64,000 nt of DNA from an uncultured Candidatus Saccharibacteria bacterium (GCA_964651115.1 CAZYXJ010000001.1:213077-277076); one strand, 5' to 3'; counted from the first letter of the stretch, positions 17,306-26,180 are shown. The notes: a model not told the origin generated them from the letters alone. Translations and numbers: made by a program.

Positions 17306-17697
17306 AAAAAAGATCGATAATCGGGATAATTGGCCTTAATAATGGATCTCCATGCAGCCGTTTCATTCGTGCTGCCCAAATCACCCTTGGTATAAACTAA
17401 CAGAACGTGTACAGTGGCATTGCTTTTTTTGATAGCAATAATACACCTGTTACCCGAAGCGTGGCGCGACTTACCAGGTCCAGCAATCCGAAATTCCGTT
17501 TTACAAATCTTGACGTCGCCAGCATCACAAATTATCTCCACACGACTATTAACACCGATCAGTGATTCTATACGTTTAAATTGCTCCGCAATAGCATTCC
17601 ATGTAACATCCCAAGCATTTTTATACTTCTTCTTAAATTTTGAGATGTAGTGTCGGTCGGCAAATTTTTCGACAATAACCGCATAACTAGTAGACAT
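17302..17697 (-). CDS. Candidate toxin, RelE/ParE-fold-like
   Basis: 131 aa. C-terminal pattern CKTEFRIAGPGKSRHASGNRCIIAIKKSNATVHVLLVYTKGD resembles RelE/ParE beta-sheet cores. 11-nt overlap with the upstream HTH-DUF4065 gene. Confidence 0.5.
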   Translation of the reverse strand: MSTSYAVIVEKFADRHYISKFKKKYKNAWDVTWNAIAEQFKRIESLIGVNSRVEIICDAGDVKICKTEFRIAGPGKSRHASGNRCIIAIKKSNATVHVLLVYTKGDLGSTNETAAWRSIIKANYPDYRSFL

Positions 17698-18370
17698 GGT
17701 CCGGATTTTCCTGTGTGATTAGTTCGTAAGGAATAGCCTCGTCCGGCGCACACAGCTTGTACGGAAGCTGTTCATGAGTAAAATCAACAATTTCCTTAGT
17801 TCTTTTATCTTTCCATTTTGTGGAAATCTTTTTCATAAGTTCAACCTCTTCGCCCTGCAGAAGATCAAGCTTTTGACGGAGGGCTCCTGCACCAATTGAC
17901 ACGAGCATTGCGTCACCCTTGCGGTCTATTGTGATCTTCCCCTCATCTTCAAGTTCGTCAATCGCACGGAAATACGGATCGGGTACCGGACCGTAGGCAC
18001 GACGTAAGTACTGCATTCCGCTCATGCTTTCTAATTTTTCGTAATACCAAGCAAAATCGGCAAGGTAGAGAAGCTTTGCGAGTTTTGTTTTTGGCACCCG
18101 CCCATCAGTTGATGCAGGAAATTTAAGATACGCAATAATCATCTGCTTGTATTTTTCATACTGTGGAGCTGTTACTTTTGAAAGTTCTTCGATTGAAATA
18201 CCATACAATTCGCATAGTTTTTCTGCTTCCCGTAACGTCATTTCGCGTATTCCACGCTCTACGGCCATATAGGATTGGCGCGAGAGTCCAAGTTTTTCGG
18301 CTACTACTAACTGCGAAATACCCCTCTTTGTTCTAAGGGCTTTTATAAATGATGCGTATTTGGTGCTCAT
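17687..18370 (-). CDS. HTH-XRE plus DUF4065 (Panacea) domain antitoxin-like protein
   Basis: Start moved to ATG 18370. XRE HTH (LRTKRGISQLVVAEKLGLSRQSYMAVERG), then KTKLAKLLYLADFAWYYEK...YLRRAYGPVP, a DUF4065/SocA-like pattern. Confidence 0.78.
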   Translation of the reverse strand: MSTKYASFIKALRTKRGISQLVVAEKLGLSRQSYMAVERGIREMTLREAEKLCELYGISIEELSKVTAPQYEKYKQMIIAYLKFPASTDGRVPKTKLAKLLYLADFAWYYEKLESMSGMQYLRRAYGPVPDPYFRAIDELEDEGKITIDRKGDAMLVSIGAGALRQKLDLLQGEEVELMKKISTKWKDKRTKEIVDFTHEQLPYKLCAPDEAIPYELITQENPDHVY

Positions 18371-18387
18371 GTCTAAAGTGTACATAA

Positions 18388-18412
18388 CCTGTGTATAAAA
18401 TACAAACACAGG
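18388..18412. promoter_or_regulatory. Inverted repeat upstream of the HTH-Panacea operon (candidate operator)
   Basis: CCTGTGT-N11-ACACAGG, 18-42 nt upstream of the ATG at 18370. Confidence 0.3.
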
Positions 18413-18499
18413 GTGTTGATATTCTATACACGCTCGTGGTAAAATTGTTGCACTGGACTAGTCGAACCAGCAGAAAAATAAACTTAATACCTTAGTACT

Positions 18500-18622
18500 A
18501 TGGCAAAAACCTCAAAAAAGGCCGGTAGGGCTGCATCAAAAGTGTTGCGGAGCAAAAGTGCAGGAAAAAATCCAAAGATAGCTGCCGCTTCTGCATTGCG
18601 ACAGCGTCAAGACCGCCAATAG
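18500..18622 (+). CDS. Small basic ORF, 40 aa (doubtful)
   Basis: My own translation: MAKTSKKAGRAASKVLRSKSAGKNPKIAAASALRQRQDRQ*. Below the track cutoff and no clear Shine-Dalgarno. Confidence 0.2.
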   Translation: MAKTSKKAGRAASKVLRSKSAGKNPKIAAASALRQRQDRQ

Positions 18623-18727
18623 AGGCTAACTTGAGCAAAAGTTACTGGCTTATAGAGAGCTCGCGGAGAAAGAGAATTGATTGGGTTACAGCCATTCACT
18701 AACAGCCCTAGAAAAGTATGCCTCGCT

Positions 18728-18760
18728 CACACAAAACCGCACAATGTGCGGTTTTGTGTT
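18728..18760 (-). terminator. Terminator hairpin after the RM gene
   Basis: CACACAAAACCGCAC-AAT-GTGCGGTTTTGTGT. The stem contains A/T runs, so it could act in both directions. Confidence 0.6.
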
Positions 18761-21700
18761 ATAAGGCCACCTCATCAATTTCTCTCATAATTTTGTCTGT
18801 TTCCACCAAAGCAACAATAATTTTTTGATAGTGTTCAATATCGCCATTTGAAAGCATGCGACCCTTGCGGTCTTTCAACCACTTCTGCGCGGGTTGGTAG
18901 CCGCCGATGTAGAACGACCATGCGATCTCGGGGACGTTGCCAAAATACTGCGTTGCGTTGATGTATACACTGTCGCCCTTGCGAGTGATTTTCTCTACCT
19001 TGTTCGTGCCGACCTCGGGGTAGGTAGTGATGGGGGTGCGTACCGCCGCTGATTCGAGCAGGTGAAGTTCCCGGAGTTGTTTACCGAGCGCCGCGAGTGC
19101 GGCGAACTGCGCCTTATCTTTCGGATATGGGACGCGGGGGAAATCTATTCTAAGAAACTCCTTGTACTTCTCACGGTAGTTTGGTGAGTGCAGAACGGCG
19201 TAGACATAATCAAAGATATCCTCGGGCGTTGGTTCTTTTCCGACCAAAGAGGCAATCTGCTTCACAATGTCGCGGTTGAGGTTCGGTACACGAGTGCCGT
19301 CCCCCGCGTGTAAATAAAGTGGGACGTTCATGGCGTTTGTGGCTGTCGTTCCAGACAAGAATATTGCTTCGGAAATGGTATTTGTAACAAAGACGTGGTT
19401 GTAGTCAGCATCGCGGACGCTTTTTGTGACCAAAAGTCCGAGATTAGATCCTTGTAGGTAATGCTTCATTATTTTGTCTACCGGACGCCAAACTAGCGAT
19501 GAGTGGTAAAAGATCAGACGATCATCAAAAGGACGATATGCGATCTCTTTTACAAAGTTCGATAATTCATTTTCTTTCCGCAAAGCATCTCGAGCTTTCA
19601 ACGCATCCCAACCTTTTTTATCGCTGATACCAACCTCGGCGCACAATGCCCTTTGTGTGTTTGTTGTTGAGTTACGGAAACGTTCCGCGTTGGAAGCAAG
19701 ATTCTGGGTGTCACTGCCAATAACAAAGGCGTCTCTGGCTGTAACCACCCCATTCCCGTTTTCAATAAAGAGGTCTTTGATAGAAATGTTTTTTATGTAT
19801 TGAGCTTTTGTTTTCTCATCTCGCACTGTCCATTCGTAGTTTTGCGACTTGGGAGCGAGCTCGTGCCAGTGCATGGAGCCAAGTTCCATTTCATTGAGAC
19901 ACTCGAACTTCGTTCGCTTCGTTCCGAAACAGTCGGCGCGATAGACGTTGGCGAGAGAGCCCGAGCGTTTTCCTTTGCGGCGTACGCCAATAAGAATCGA
20001 GACGCCCTGTTTGATAGCGAACACGTTTTCATCTTTGCCACCATCGGGGGCTTTTTCTTTCTTGTTGGAATTTCCGTGGAGGTCGAGAACGTAAATCTCG
20101 CTGAACGTCTCCATGAGGTGATAGCGCATACCCCGAAACGTTGGGTTGTCGATGTACCCGTGTGCAGTAATCATTCCGACAATACCCTCACCGGTTTGTT
20201 CGATAAGACTCTCGGCGAAGCGAATGAACTTCACGTAGTCATCGTTTATCCATTTGCTGTTGCGTTCTTTGAGCTTTTGCGAAGTACCCGGCTCAACCTT
20301 GTAGACATCGTGCCCTGTGTACTCCTTGTTACTTGACTCTCCTGCGTAGGGGGGATTTCCTATCACAATCATTATCGGTGTGTCGTTCTTGATGCGAGCA
20401 GCGGCACGACTCTCCTCACTAATACTCTGTGCGAGACCGAGCATGCCAAAGAGCGAATCGTCAGGGCGCTCCGCTTTCTCAAGAGAGTTCGTGAGATACA
20501 CGCCGATACGGTCTTTGAAATCTTTTGCACCGGACTCGCGGAGGGTGGCGGCAAGTTTGAGGTGAGCGATGGTATAGGGCGCCATCATAAGCTCGAAGCC
20601 GTGGAGACGAGGGAGGAGGTCTTCATTCACGTAGCCACTGAATCGTCCTTCCTGTCCGGCGAATGTGCGACGGATGAGACGTATCGTCTCGTTAAGGAAG
20701 GTGCCAGTGCCAGTTGCTGGATCGAGCACCTGCACTTTGTGAATGGTGTCCTTCACTTTCTTGCCCTGCACCATTCGCGTGATATCTATCTTCTTCGTGT
20801 CGGCGAGACCTTGGGGTAGGTCGAAGTCGCGTTTGAGAATGGCATCAACCGAGCGCACGATGAAGTGCACGACGGCGGGTGGTGTGTAATACGCACCAAG
20901 CTTCTTTCGCTCTACTGGGTCGTATGCTTTGAGAAAGTCCTCGTAAAAGTGGATGACAGGGTCGGGCGCCGCCTGTTCTGCGCCCCATAGGTCTTGCTTG
21001 TAAATCTGTTGCATGAGTGCGCGGACATTAGCGTTGCCGAACACTTTGCAGAGGTCGTCGACGATTGGCTTCAATCGGTCGTCAAAGTCAGCACCGGCGA
21101 TGTGGTCGAAGAAGCGACGCAGGAGAGGGTTTGAGTGCGGGATAAGCTCACGCGCTTCTGCTCGTGTGAAGTCTTTGGGGGATTCATCGTGATACCTCGC
21201 GACGAAAAGACCGTACACGAGCGTCTGCGCATACATGTCGGTGAAGTCGTCGAGCGAAAGATCGTGGATGAGTTGCGATTTGAACGCCTCGTAGATGTCG
21301 AGGAGAGGTTTATTCTTGGGACTATCCGTTTTAAGAAAGCGCAGCAGATTGGCGCGGAGGCGCTTGCCGTTCTCTCCCATGATTTCGGCGAGGCGGTTCG
21401 CACGGCGCACCGGCTCCGCCGCATCTTCGAGGAAGGCTCGAATTGTGGTTTCTAAAAGGGCATATGAGTTTCCGTCCGGTGAAAGTGTCTCAAGGTCACT
21501 TATTACGATGGGGTCGCAATACGCTCCGCCATGCTTGTAGAAGCGAAACTCGAGATAATTCGTAAGGATGAGGTTAGCATAGCCAAAGTAACGTTTGAGT
21601 TGTTCCCCCTTGACGATATCGTCGAGGTTCTCCCCGAGACGCTTGGTCTCGACATAGCCGACTGGAAATCCGCCCTTGATGAGGGCAAAGTCGGGGGCAC

Positions 21701-21863
21701 CAAACTCGATCTTTCCCGGCTCATTCACCGCGTCCACGTCGGGAAGCATTGCCTCAAGTAGCACCTTAAGTGCGGGGCGGTGCTGGTGTTCTAGATCTTT
21801 GGTACCCACGCTGGAAGTCGCACTACGAGTTCGTGCAATTGCAGAAAGGTATGTTTCTAGCAT
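18759..21863 (-). CDS. Fused Type IIG-like restriction-modification enzyme (PD-ExK nuclease + gamma-class N6-adenine methyltransferase + specificity region)
   Basis: Start moved to ATG 21863 (1034 aa). N-terminal PDFALIKGGFPVGYVETK (PD...ExK). Motif I VLDPATGTGTFL. Motif IV VIGNPPYAGES. C-terminal YAVLHSPNYREKYKEFLRIDFPRVPYP (YeeA / Type ISP C-terminal-like). Confidence 0.8.
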   Translation of the reverse strand: MLETYLSAIARTRSATSSVGTKDLEHQHRPALKVLLEAMLPDVDAVNEPGKIEFGAPDFALIKGGFPVGYVETKRLGENLDDIVKGEQLKRYFGYANLILTNYLEFRFYKHGGAYCDPIVISDLETLSPDGNSYALLETTIRAFLEDAAEPVRRANRLAEIMGENGKRLRANLLRFLKTDSPKNKPLLDIYEAFKSQLIHDLSLDDFTDMYAQTLVYGLFVARYHDESPKDFTRAEARELIPHSNPLLRRFFDHIAGADFDDRLKPIVDDLCKVFGNANVRALMQQIYKQDLWGAEQAAPDPVIHFYEDFLKAYDPVERKKLGAYYTPPAVVHFIVRSVDAILKRDFDLPQGLADTKKIDITRMVQGKKVKDTIHKVQVLDPATGTGTFLNETIRLIRRTFAGQEGRFSGYVNEDLLPRLHGFELMMAPYTIAHLKLAATLRESGAKDFKDRIGVYLTNSLEKAERPDDSLFGMLGLAQSISEESRAAARIKNDTPIMIVIGNPPYAGESSNKEYTGHDVYKVEPGTSQKLKERNSKWINDDYVKFIRFAESLIEQTGEGIVGMITAHGYIDNPTFRGMRYHLMETFSEIYVLDLHGNSNKKEKAPDGGKDENVFAIKQGVSILIGVRRKGKRSGSLANVYRADCFGTKRTKFECLNEMELGSMHWHELAPKSQNYEWTVRDEKTKAQYIKNISIKDLFIENGNGVVTARDAFVIGSDTQNLASNAERFRNSTTNTQRALCAEVGISDKKGWDALKARDALRKENELSNFVKEIAYRPFDDRLIFYHSSLVWRPVDKIMKHYLQGSNLGLLVTKSVRDADYNHVFVTNTISEAIFLSGTTATNAMNVPLYLHAGDGTRVPNLNRDIVKQIASLVGKEPTPEDIFDYVYAVLHSPNYREKYKEFLRIDFPRVPYPKDKAQFAALAALGKQLRELHLLESAAVRTPITTYPEVGTNKVEKITRKGDSVYINATQYFGNVPEIAWSFYIGGYQPAQKWLKDRKGRMLSNGDIEHYQKIIVALVETDKIMREIDEVAL

Positions 21864-21950
21864 GTTTTGAATTCCTGTATAAATAGCCTTCGGCCATATT
21901 ACCACCAAGCACAGGAGTTCACCACTCCAACGGCCCGGCTCTCTAAGTAA

Positions 21951-21982
21951 CAGAAAAGACCCTTGCTTAAAAGCAAGGGTCT
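21951..21982 (-). terminator. Rho-independent terminator after the PEP-CTERM gene
   Basis: Minus strand AGACCCTTGC-TTTTAA-GCAAGGGTCT followed by TTTTCTGTT. Confidence 0.6.
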
Positions 21983-22008
21983 TGATTAGCGATTCGGGGG
22001 GGTAAGAA

Positions 22009-22584
22009 CTACGTTTTACGCCGGCGGCGAGCGCACAGTGGCGCCGCCAACCCAAGGAGCACGAGGCTCGTCGGCTCCGGCAAGCCGGAGCCCCGAAGAA
22101 AGATGAGGTTGGTACGGAACTCGTCCGCACCAAACTCTAACCAATTCCCCACGGCGCTGGGGTCTGAACTCCAACTGAGCCGCTCCAACTGCAAGGCATA
22201 ATAGCCCGACAGTCGAGGCTCTAGCATCGCACCAACATGGAAGCGCCTCTTCTCCCCCTCCGCTATTAAGTAAAAGTCTTGCCCATCACTGGGGGAAGAA
22301 CTTGTACTCAAAAACGCCATCATCGGCGATCCTACCCCCGGGGTGGCGAAGTTGAAGAACGAATACTGGAGCAGCGGTGATGGCCTGGCGGACAGCCGTG
22401 GAACATAGACATCCCCGGAGATGGCGATGATATCGAACCACATCCGGAAGTAACCGATGCTCCCCTCCTCGAAGTCTTTCTGCCAGACTTCCGCCTGACT
22501 GGAAACCAACGTCGCCACCGGCGACGCTACCGCAACGGAACACGTCACCAACGCCGCCGCCACAAAGGAAAACAGACGGTTCAT
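22009..22584 (-). CDS. Secreted protein with C-terminal PEP-CTERM-like sorting signal
   Basis: Signal peptide MNRLFSFVAAALVTCSVAVA. C-terminus GSGLPEPTSLVLLGLAAPLCARRRRKT, i.e. PEP, then a TM segment, then a basic tail. Confidence 0.7.
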   Translation of the reverse strand: MNRLFSFVAAALVTCSVAVASPVATLVSSQAEVWQKDFEEGSIGYFRMWFDIIAISGDVYVPRLSARPSPLLQYSFFNFATPGVGSPMMAFLSTSSSPSDGQDFYLIAEGEKRRFHVGAMLEPRLSGYYALQLERLSWSSDPSAVGNWLEFGADEFRTNLIFLRGSGLPEPTSLVLLGLAAPLCARRRRKT

Positions 22585-22691
22585 TTTTAGCCCCTTTTTC
22601 TTTTTAAGGTCCTAGGAAAGTTGGCCCAACGCCAACTGACTGCTCAACTATATACTATATTTTCTATATTGTCAATAGGTAGGGATTCGAG

Positions 22692-23507
22692 CTATCGTTG
22701 AGCGTGTTTTAGGATCCATTTGGTGTGTTCGTTTTTGGACTTCGACCAAGCGGCAATGAGCTTTTTAGCTTCTTTTGGGTTTACCTTGACCCAGTCTCGG
22801 ACATGATTGGCGACTGATTTTTTGACAAATTTTATCTCGTCTTCTTTGAGTAATTCGAGGATTTCAAAAATTGGCTTTGGGTTCTCGTTCCACACATCAA
22901 GCTTCGGTGCCCAGGGTAGTTTGGGGCGAAGTCCTTCGGTTGCAAGTCGGCGGAGGTGAAAATTTTTGCTTTTTGCCCATTTGTTACATATCGCAAGAGT
23001 TTTCTCAGGATACTTACGAGCATACGGACGAATAGCATATTCTCCCGTGTTTCTTTTGGTAATTTCTTCGATAGCTTTTATTGACAGCGCAAAGTGATCA
23101 AGCCCGTATTTCTCGACAAATTTTCCAACCGGCATGAGCCAATAAAAATTAGTAAACATACCAGTTTCTTCTTTGTTTTCTGGCCCGAGTATTTGCAAAA
23201 GGATATCAAGTGCTTCCGGATATTTTTCTGGTAGATACTGCTTGAGTAGATCCGCAATGATTCCGATCCGTTGCGTGTAGCTCTTACCAACAACTGCTCG
23301 TTTAGTATCGCGAACAAAACCTTTCGTATCAAAATTTTTATATACGGCCGATATTTTCTCCGCAAGCATTACTGCCAAATCTTCTCCGAACACCTCCGTG
23401 ATTGAGATTCTGTCAGTCATTGCGGTGGATTCTGAAATTAGTTCGAACGGAATTCGCTCCTCGCCGCGCACACTAACAATTTTAAGTTTTTCTTTAGCGG
23501 AATACAA
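22692..23507 (-). CDS. DNA alkylation repair protein (HEAT-like repeat, AlkC/AlkD family-like)
   Basis: Pattern NTGEYAIRPY...FHLRRLATEGLRPKLPWAPKL...KFVKKSVANHVRD. Alternative start ATG 23420 (MTDRISI). Confidence 0.75.
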   Translation of the reverse strand: MYSAKEKLKIVSVRGEERIPFELISESTAMTDRISITEVFGEDLAVMLAEKISAVYKNFDTKGFVRDTKRAVVGKSYTQRIGIIADLLKQYLPEKYPEALDILLQILGPENKEETGMFTNFYWLMPVGKFVEKYGLDHFALSIKAIEEITKRNTGEYAIRPYARKYPEKTLAICNKWAKSKNFHLRRLATEGLRPKLPWAPKLDVWNENPKPIFEILELLKEDEIKFVKKSVANHVRDWVKVNPKEAKKLIAAWSKSKNEHTKWILKHAQR

Positions 23508-23600
23508 ATTCGAGCGTGCGAAGCACGCACAATTGTTCTTTTAAAAGAAAAGTGCCCAGACCGAAGTCCAGGCACTTGCACCATCAGTTGCTGTGATGTT

Positions 23601-24446
23601 TCAACGGGAGGATGGAACGAGCCGAAGCAACCGCACCGAGACGATCTCGTAGTTGAGAACACCGAGGAGCGCTCCTGCGATTGCGCCGATGATGGCACTG
23701 CCAAATGTGTAGCCGATGGCGGCACCGATTGTGGCATCGACGAAGCAGATCGTCCGGCGTTGTGAGTGAACGTACACGAACACACCAGCGACGAACTGCG
23801 CGAGGGCGCTCGCCACGCGGCGCACACCATTGATTGTCGCGGGCACTGCACGCGCAATCGCTGACGGTGTACGAACGGCGACCCACTTCAGTCCGCGAAT
23901 GACCGCAAGGGTTGCGCCGATTGGATTGCAGTGGAGAATAAACATCCACCCTATCTCGGCGATATCGCGGAGTCCCTGTTCGCGGTCTGCCGCATCTTTC
24001 GCGCCACTCGAAATGCTAACTGTCATGAACCACCCCAGAAGTGCGCCCATGACCGAAAAGACGAGCATTGACCAGAGCGTACCGACGAGAACCGGCACGG
24101 GATTGTCGCTGAAGTAAGCGAACGCGACTCCTCCAACGCCGACGATTGACGAGTACATCATGACGACACCTCCCGACATCACCACGAGTGTTTTCCACCC
24201 GTGCAAATCGGGACGCCACGCGATCGTGCGGCGGTAGGAATGGACGACACCGGCGCAGAAGTGCCGAAAGTCGATCGCGACATAAGCGGTGATACCGCCG
24301 ACCAAAGCGCCGAAAGCGCACAGATACGAGCCGTACTCGAATCGTGTCGAGATCTCGAGTGCGGTCAGGGTGCCGACCAAAGCGCCGAAAGCGCACGCAA
24401 GGGCGATTGAAAGCCAGTCACGTGTCATGTTCATTTTTACCTCCAC
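23601..24446 (-). CDS. Polytopic membrane protein, hypothetical
   Basis: At least 6 hydrophobic segments. GC-rich. Contains an in-frame 25-bp perfect direct repeat (24297-24321 and 24372-24396) that encodes CAFGALVG twice. Confidence 0.6.
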   Translation of the reverse strand: MEVKMNMTRDWLSIALACAFGALVGTLTALEISTRFEYGSYLCAFGALVGGITAYVAIDFRHFCAGVVHSYRRTIAWRPDLHGWKTLVVMSGGVVMMYSSIVGVGGVAFAYFSDNPVPVLVGTLWSMLVFSVMGALLGWFMTVSISSGAKDAADREQGLRDIAEIGWMFILHCNPIGATLAVIRGLKWVAVRTPSAIARAVPATINGVRRVASALAQFVAGVFVYVHSQRRTICFVDATIGAAIGYTFGSAIIGAIAGALLGVLNYEIVSVRLLRLVPSSR

Positions 24447-24647
24447 TTTTCAAGGTTCAATTTATCTAAGCAACGTGCCTAGATTTCGGAGCAATCATAG
24501 CATTATTTACCTAATACGTCAAGAAGCAGCGTTTAGCTGCTTCTTGGAAAAATTCAGAATGAAAAAATTTCTTTTTCGCCAAAAATCCCATACAAATTAG
24601 CCGCCGAGCGCAGGGAGGCGGGCAACTCGCATTTACAATTTCCTTTC

Positions 24648-24737
<90 letters not shown>

Positions 24738-24749
24738 GTAAGTGCTATC

Positions 24750-25619
24750 TTACCACCGTCCGCTGGCGCCGCCACCACCACTAGATCCCCCGCCAAAGCC
24801 ACCAAAGCCGCCGCTCGAATGTCCCCCACCACCGCCTCCAAAGCCACCAATCGTCCAACCACCGCCGCCATTGATCTTACCCCCCTTTTCCACAAAGCGC
24901 GAAACAAAAAAGTCGAGTAGCAAGCCGCCCAGCGCCAGCCCGGCCACGCCGATCCACGGCAAGCTACCAAAGTAGGCCCACAGCGCTCCCACGACACCAC
25001 CCACCACGCCACCGTGCCACCAAGACTTAGAGCGACCAAAAATTTGTATCGCGATAATAAGAACAAAGTAAAACAAGGTCGGCCACAACTGACTCCAATC
25101 CGTCGGCGGTTGGGCCAAGTCAGGAGGCACCGCACCCGAAAGCGTCGTAACGAGGGCCCGCGCGCCTTCCACGGTGCCTAACGAGAGATTGTTGCCAGCA
25201 AAGAGTGGCAACATAATCTGATCAATAATCTTCCAAGCCGTCGCGTCGGGCAGGTCACCCTCGAGGCCATAGCCCACTTCGATCCGCACTTCTCGCTCAT
25301 TGGGCGCCACCAAGAGCAGGACGCCATTATCTTTCTCGCTGGTCCCAATGGCCCACTCTTCAAACAAGGCGACGGCATAAGTCTCGATTGTCTCGTCGCC
25401 GAGCGCGGGCACCGTCACCACGGCGATCTCGTTGGTCGTTTCCCGGCGATGAGCGGCCAACTCTGACTCCAGCAGGACCTCTTCGGCGTCATCAATCACG
25501 CCAGCAAAGTCATTAACCAAACCACGGGGATTGCCCGGGCTCGTGTAGGCCCACAGCAAAATCGGCATCACGAGGATGCCGAGTCCGCCGACCACTCGCG
25601 AGCGCCAGGTGGTGGTCAT
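24750..25619 (-). CDS. TPM-domain (YgcG-like) membrane protein with Gly-rich tail
   Basis: VNDFAGVI...NEIAVVTV...DNGVLLLVAPNEREVRIEVGYGLEG TPM pattern, plus TM segments and a GGGGxSSGGFGGFGGG tail. Confidence 0.85.
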   Translation of the reverse strand: MTTTWRSRVVGGLGILVMPILLWAYTSPGNPRGLVNDFAGVIDDAEEVLLESELAAHRRETTNEIAVVTVPALGDETIETYAVALFEEWAIGTSEKDNGVLLLVAPNEREVRIEVGYGLEGDLPDATAWKIIDQIMLPLFAGNNLSLGTVEGARALVTTLSGAVPPDLAQPPTDWSQLWPTLFYFVLIIAIQIFGRSKSWWHGGVVGGVVGALWAYFGSLPWIGVAGLALGGLLLDFFVSRFVEKGGKINGGGGWTIGGFGGGGGGHSSGGFGGFGGGSSGGGGASGRW

Positions 25620-25625
25620 GATTTT

Positions 25626-26180
25626 TTAGAGATTAACGGCTGGGACAGCGTCCGTGCCCTCGGCCGCTTCAAAGTAAGCCCGTTCGTCAAAGCCAGCTAG
25701 CCGAGCCACCACACTGCCCGGAAAGCGCTTCGCGATCAAGTTGTAATCCCGAATCGTGTCGTTAAAGCGCTTACGCTCCACGCTCACTCGATTTTCCGTT
25801 CCTTCCAACTGGACCATCAAGCCCTGAACGGTTTCGACCGAACGGAGAGCCGGATAATTTTCCATCACCACCAAGAGACGGGCAAGACCAGTCTCCACCG
25901 CGCTGGCGGCTGAGGCCTTGTCGTTAACCGTCGCCGCGCCGGCATAGCGCGTGCGCGCCTCGGCCAAATTCTCAAAAATAGTTTTTTCTTGCGTCATAAA
26001 GCCGCGCACACTCGCCACGAGATTAGGGATCAGATCGAAGCGTCGCTGATATTGCACTTCCACTTGCGCCCACTGACTATCGGCCACCTCATTTTTCGTA
26101 ATCAACGAATTGTAGGTCAACCAAAAGTAACCACCCACCAACAGCACCAACACCACAATGATTAGCCAGGTTTTTTTCAT
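25626..26180 (-). CDS. lemA: LemA family protein
   Basis: N-terminal TM segment, then YNSLI...QWAQVEVQYQRRFDLIPNLV...RKRFNDTIRDYN. Confidence 0.88.
   Translation of the reverse strand: MKKTWLIIVVLVLLVGGYFWLTYNSLITKNEVADSQWAQVEVQYQRRFDLIPNLVASVRGFMTQEKTIFENLAEARTRYAGAATVNDKASAASAVETGLARLLVVMENYPALRSVETVQGLMVQLEGTENRVSVERKRFNDTIRDYNLIAKRFPGSVVARLAGFDERAYFEAAEGTDAVPAVNL

Noticed and set aside
21864-22133. 90-aa N-terminal extension of the RM ORF
   Set aside because: It crosses the terminator hairpin at 21951-21982 and the 3' end of the PEP-CTERM gene. The conserved nuclease domain starts right after the ATG at 21863.
22681-22694. AGGGATTCGA, which matches the T-arm region of tRNA-Ser, as a possible att direct repeat
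   Set aside because: Only about 10-11 nt match and the flanks diverge. This is too short to distinguish from chance without a genome-wide test.
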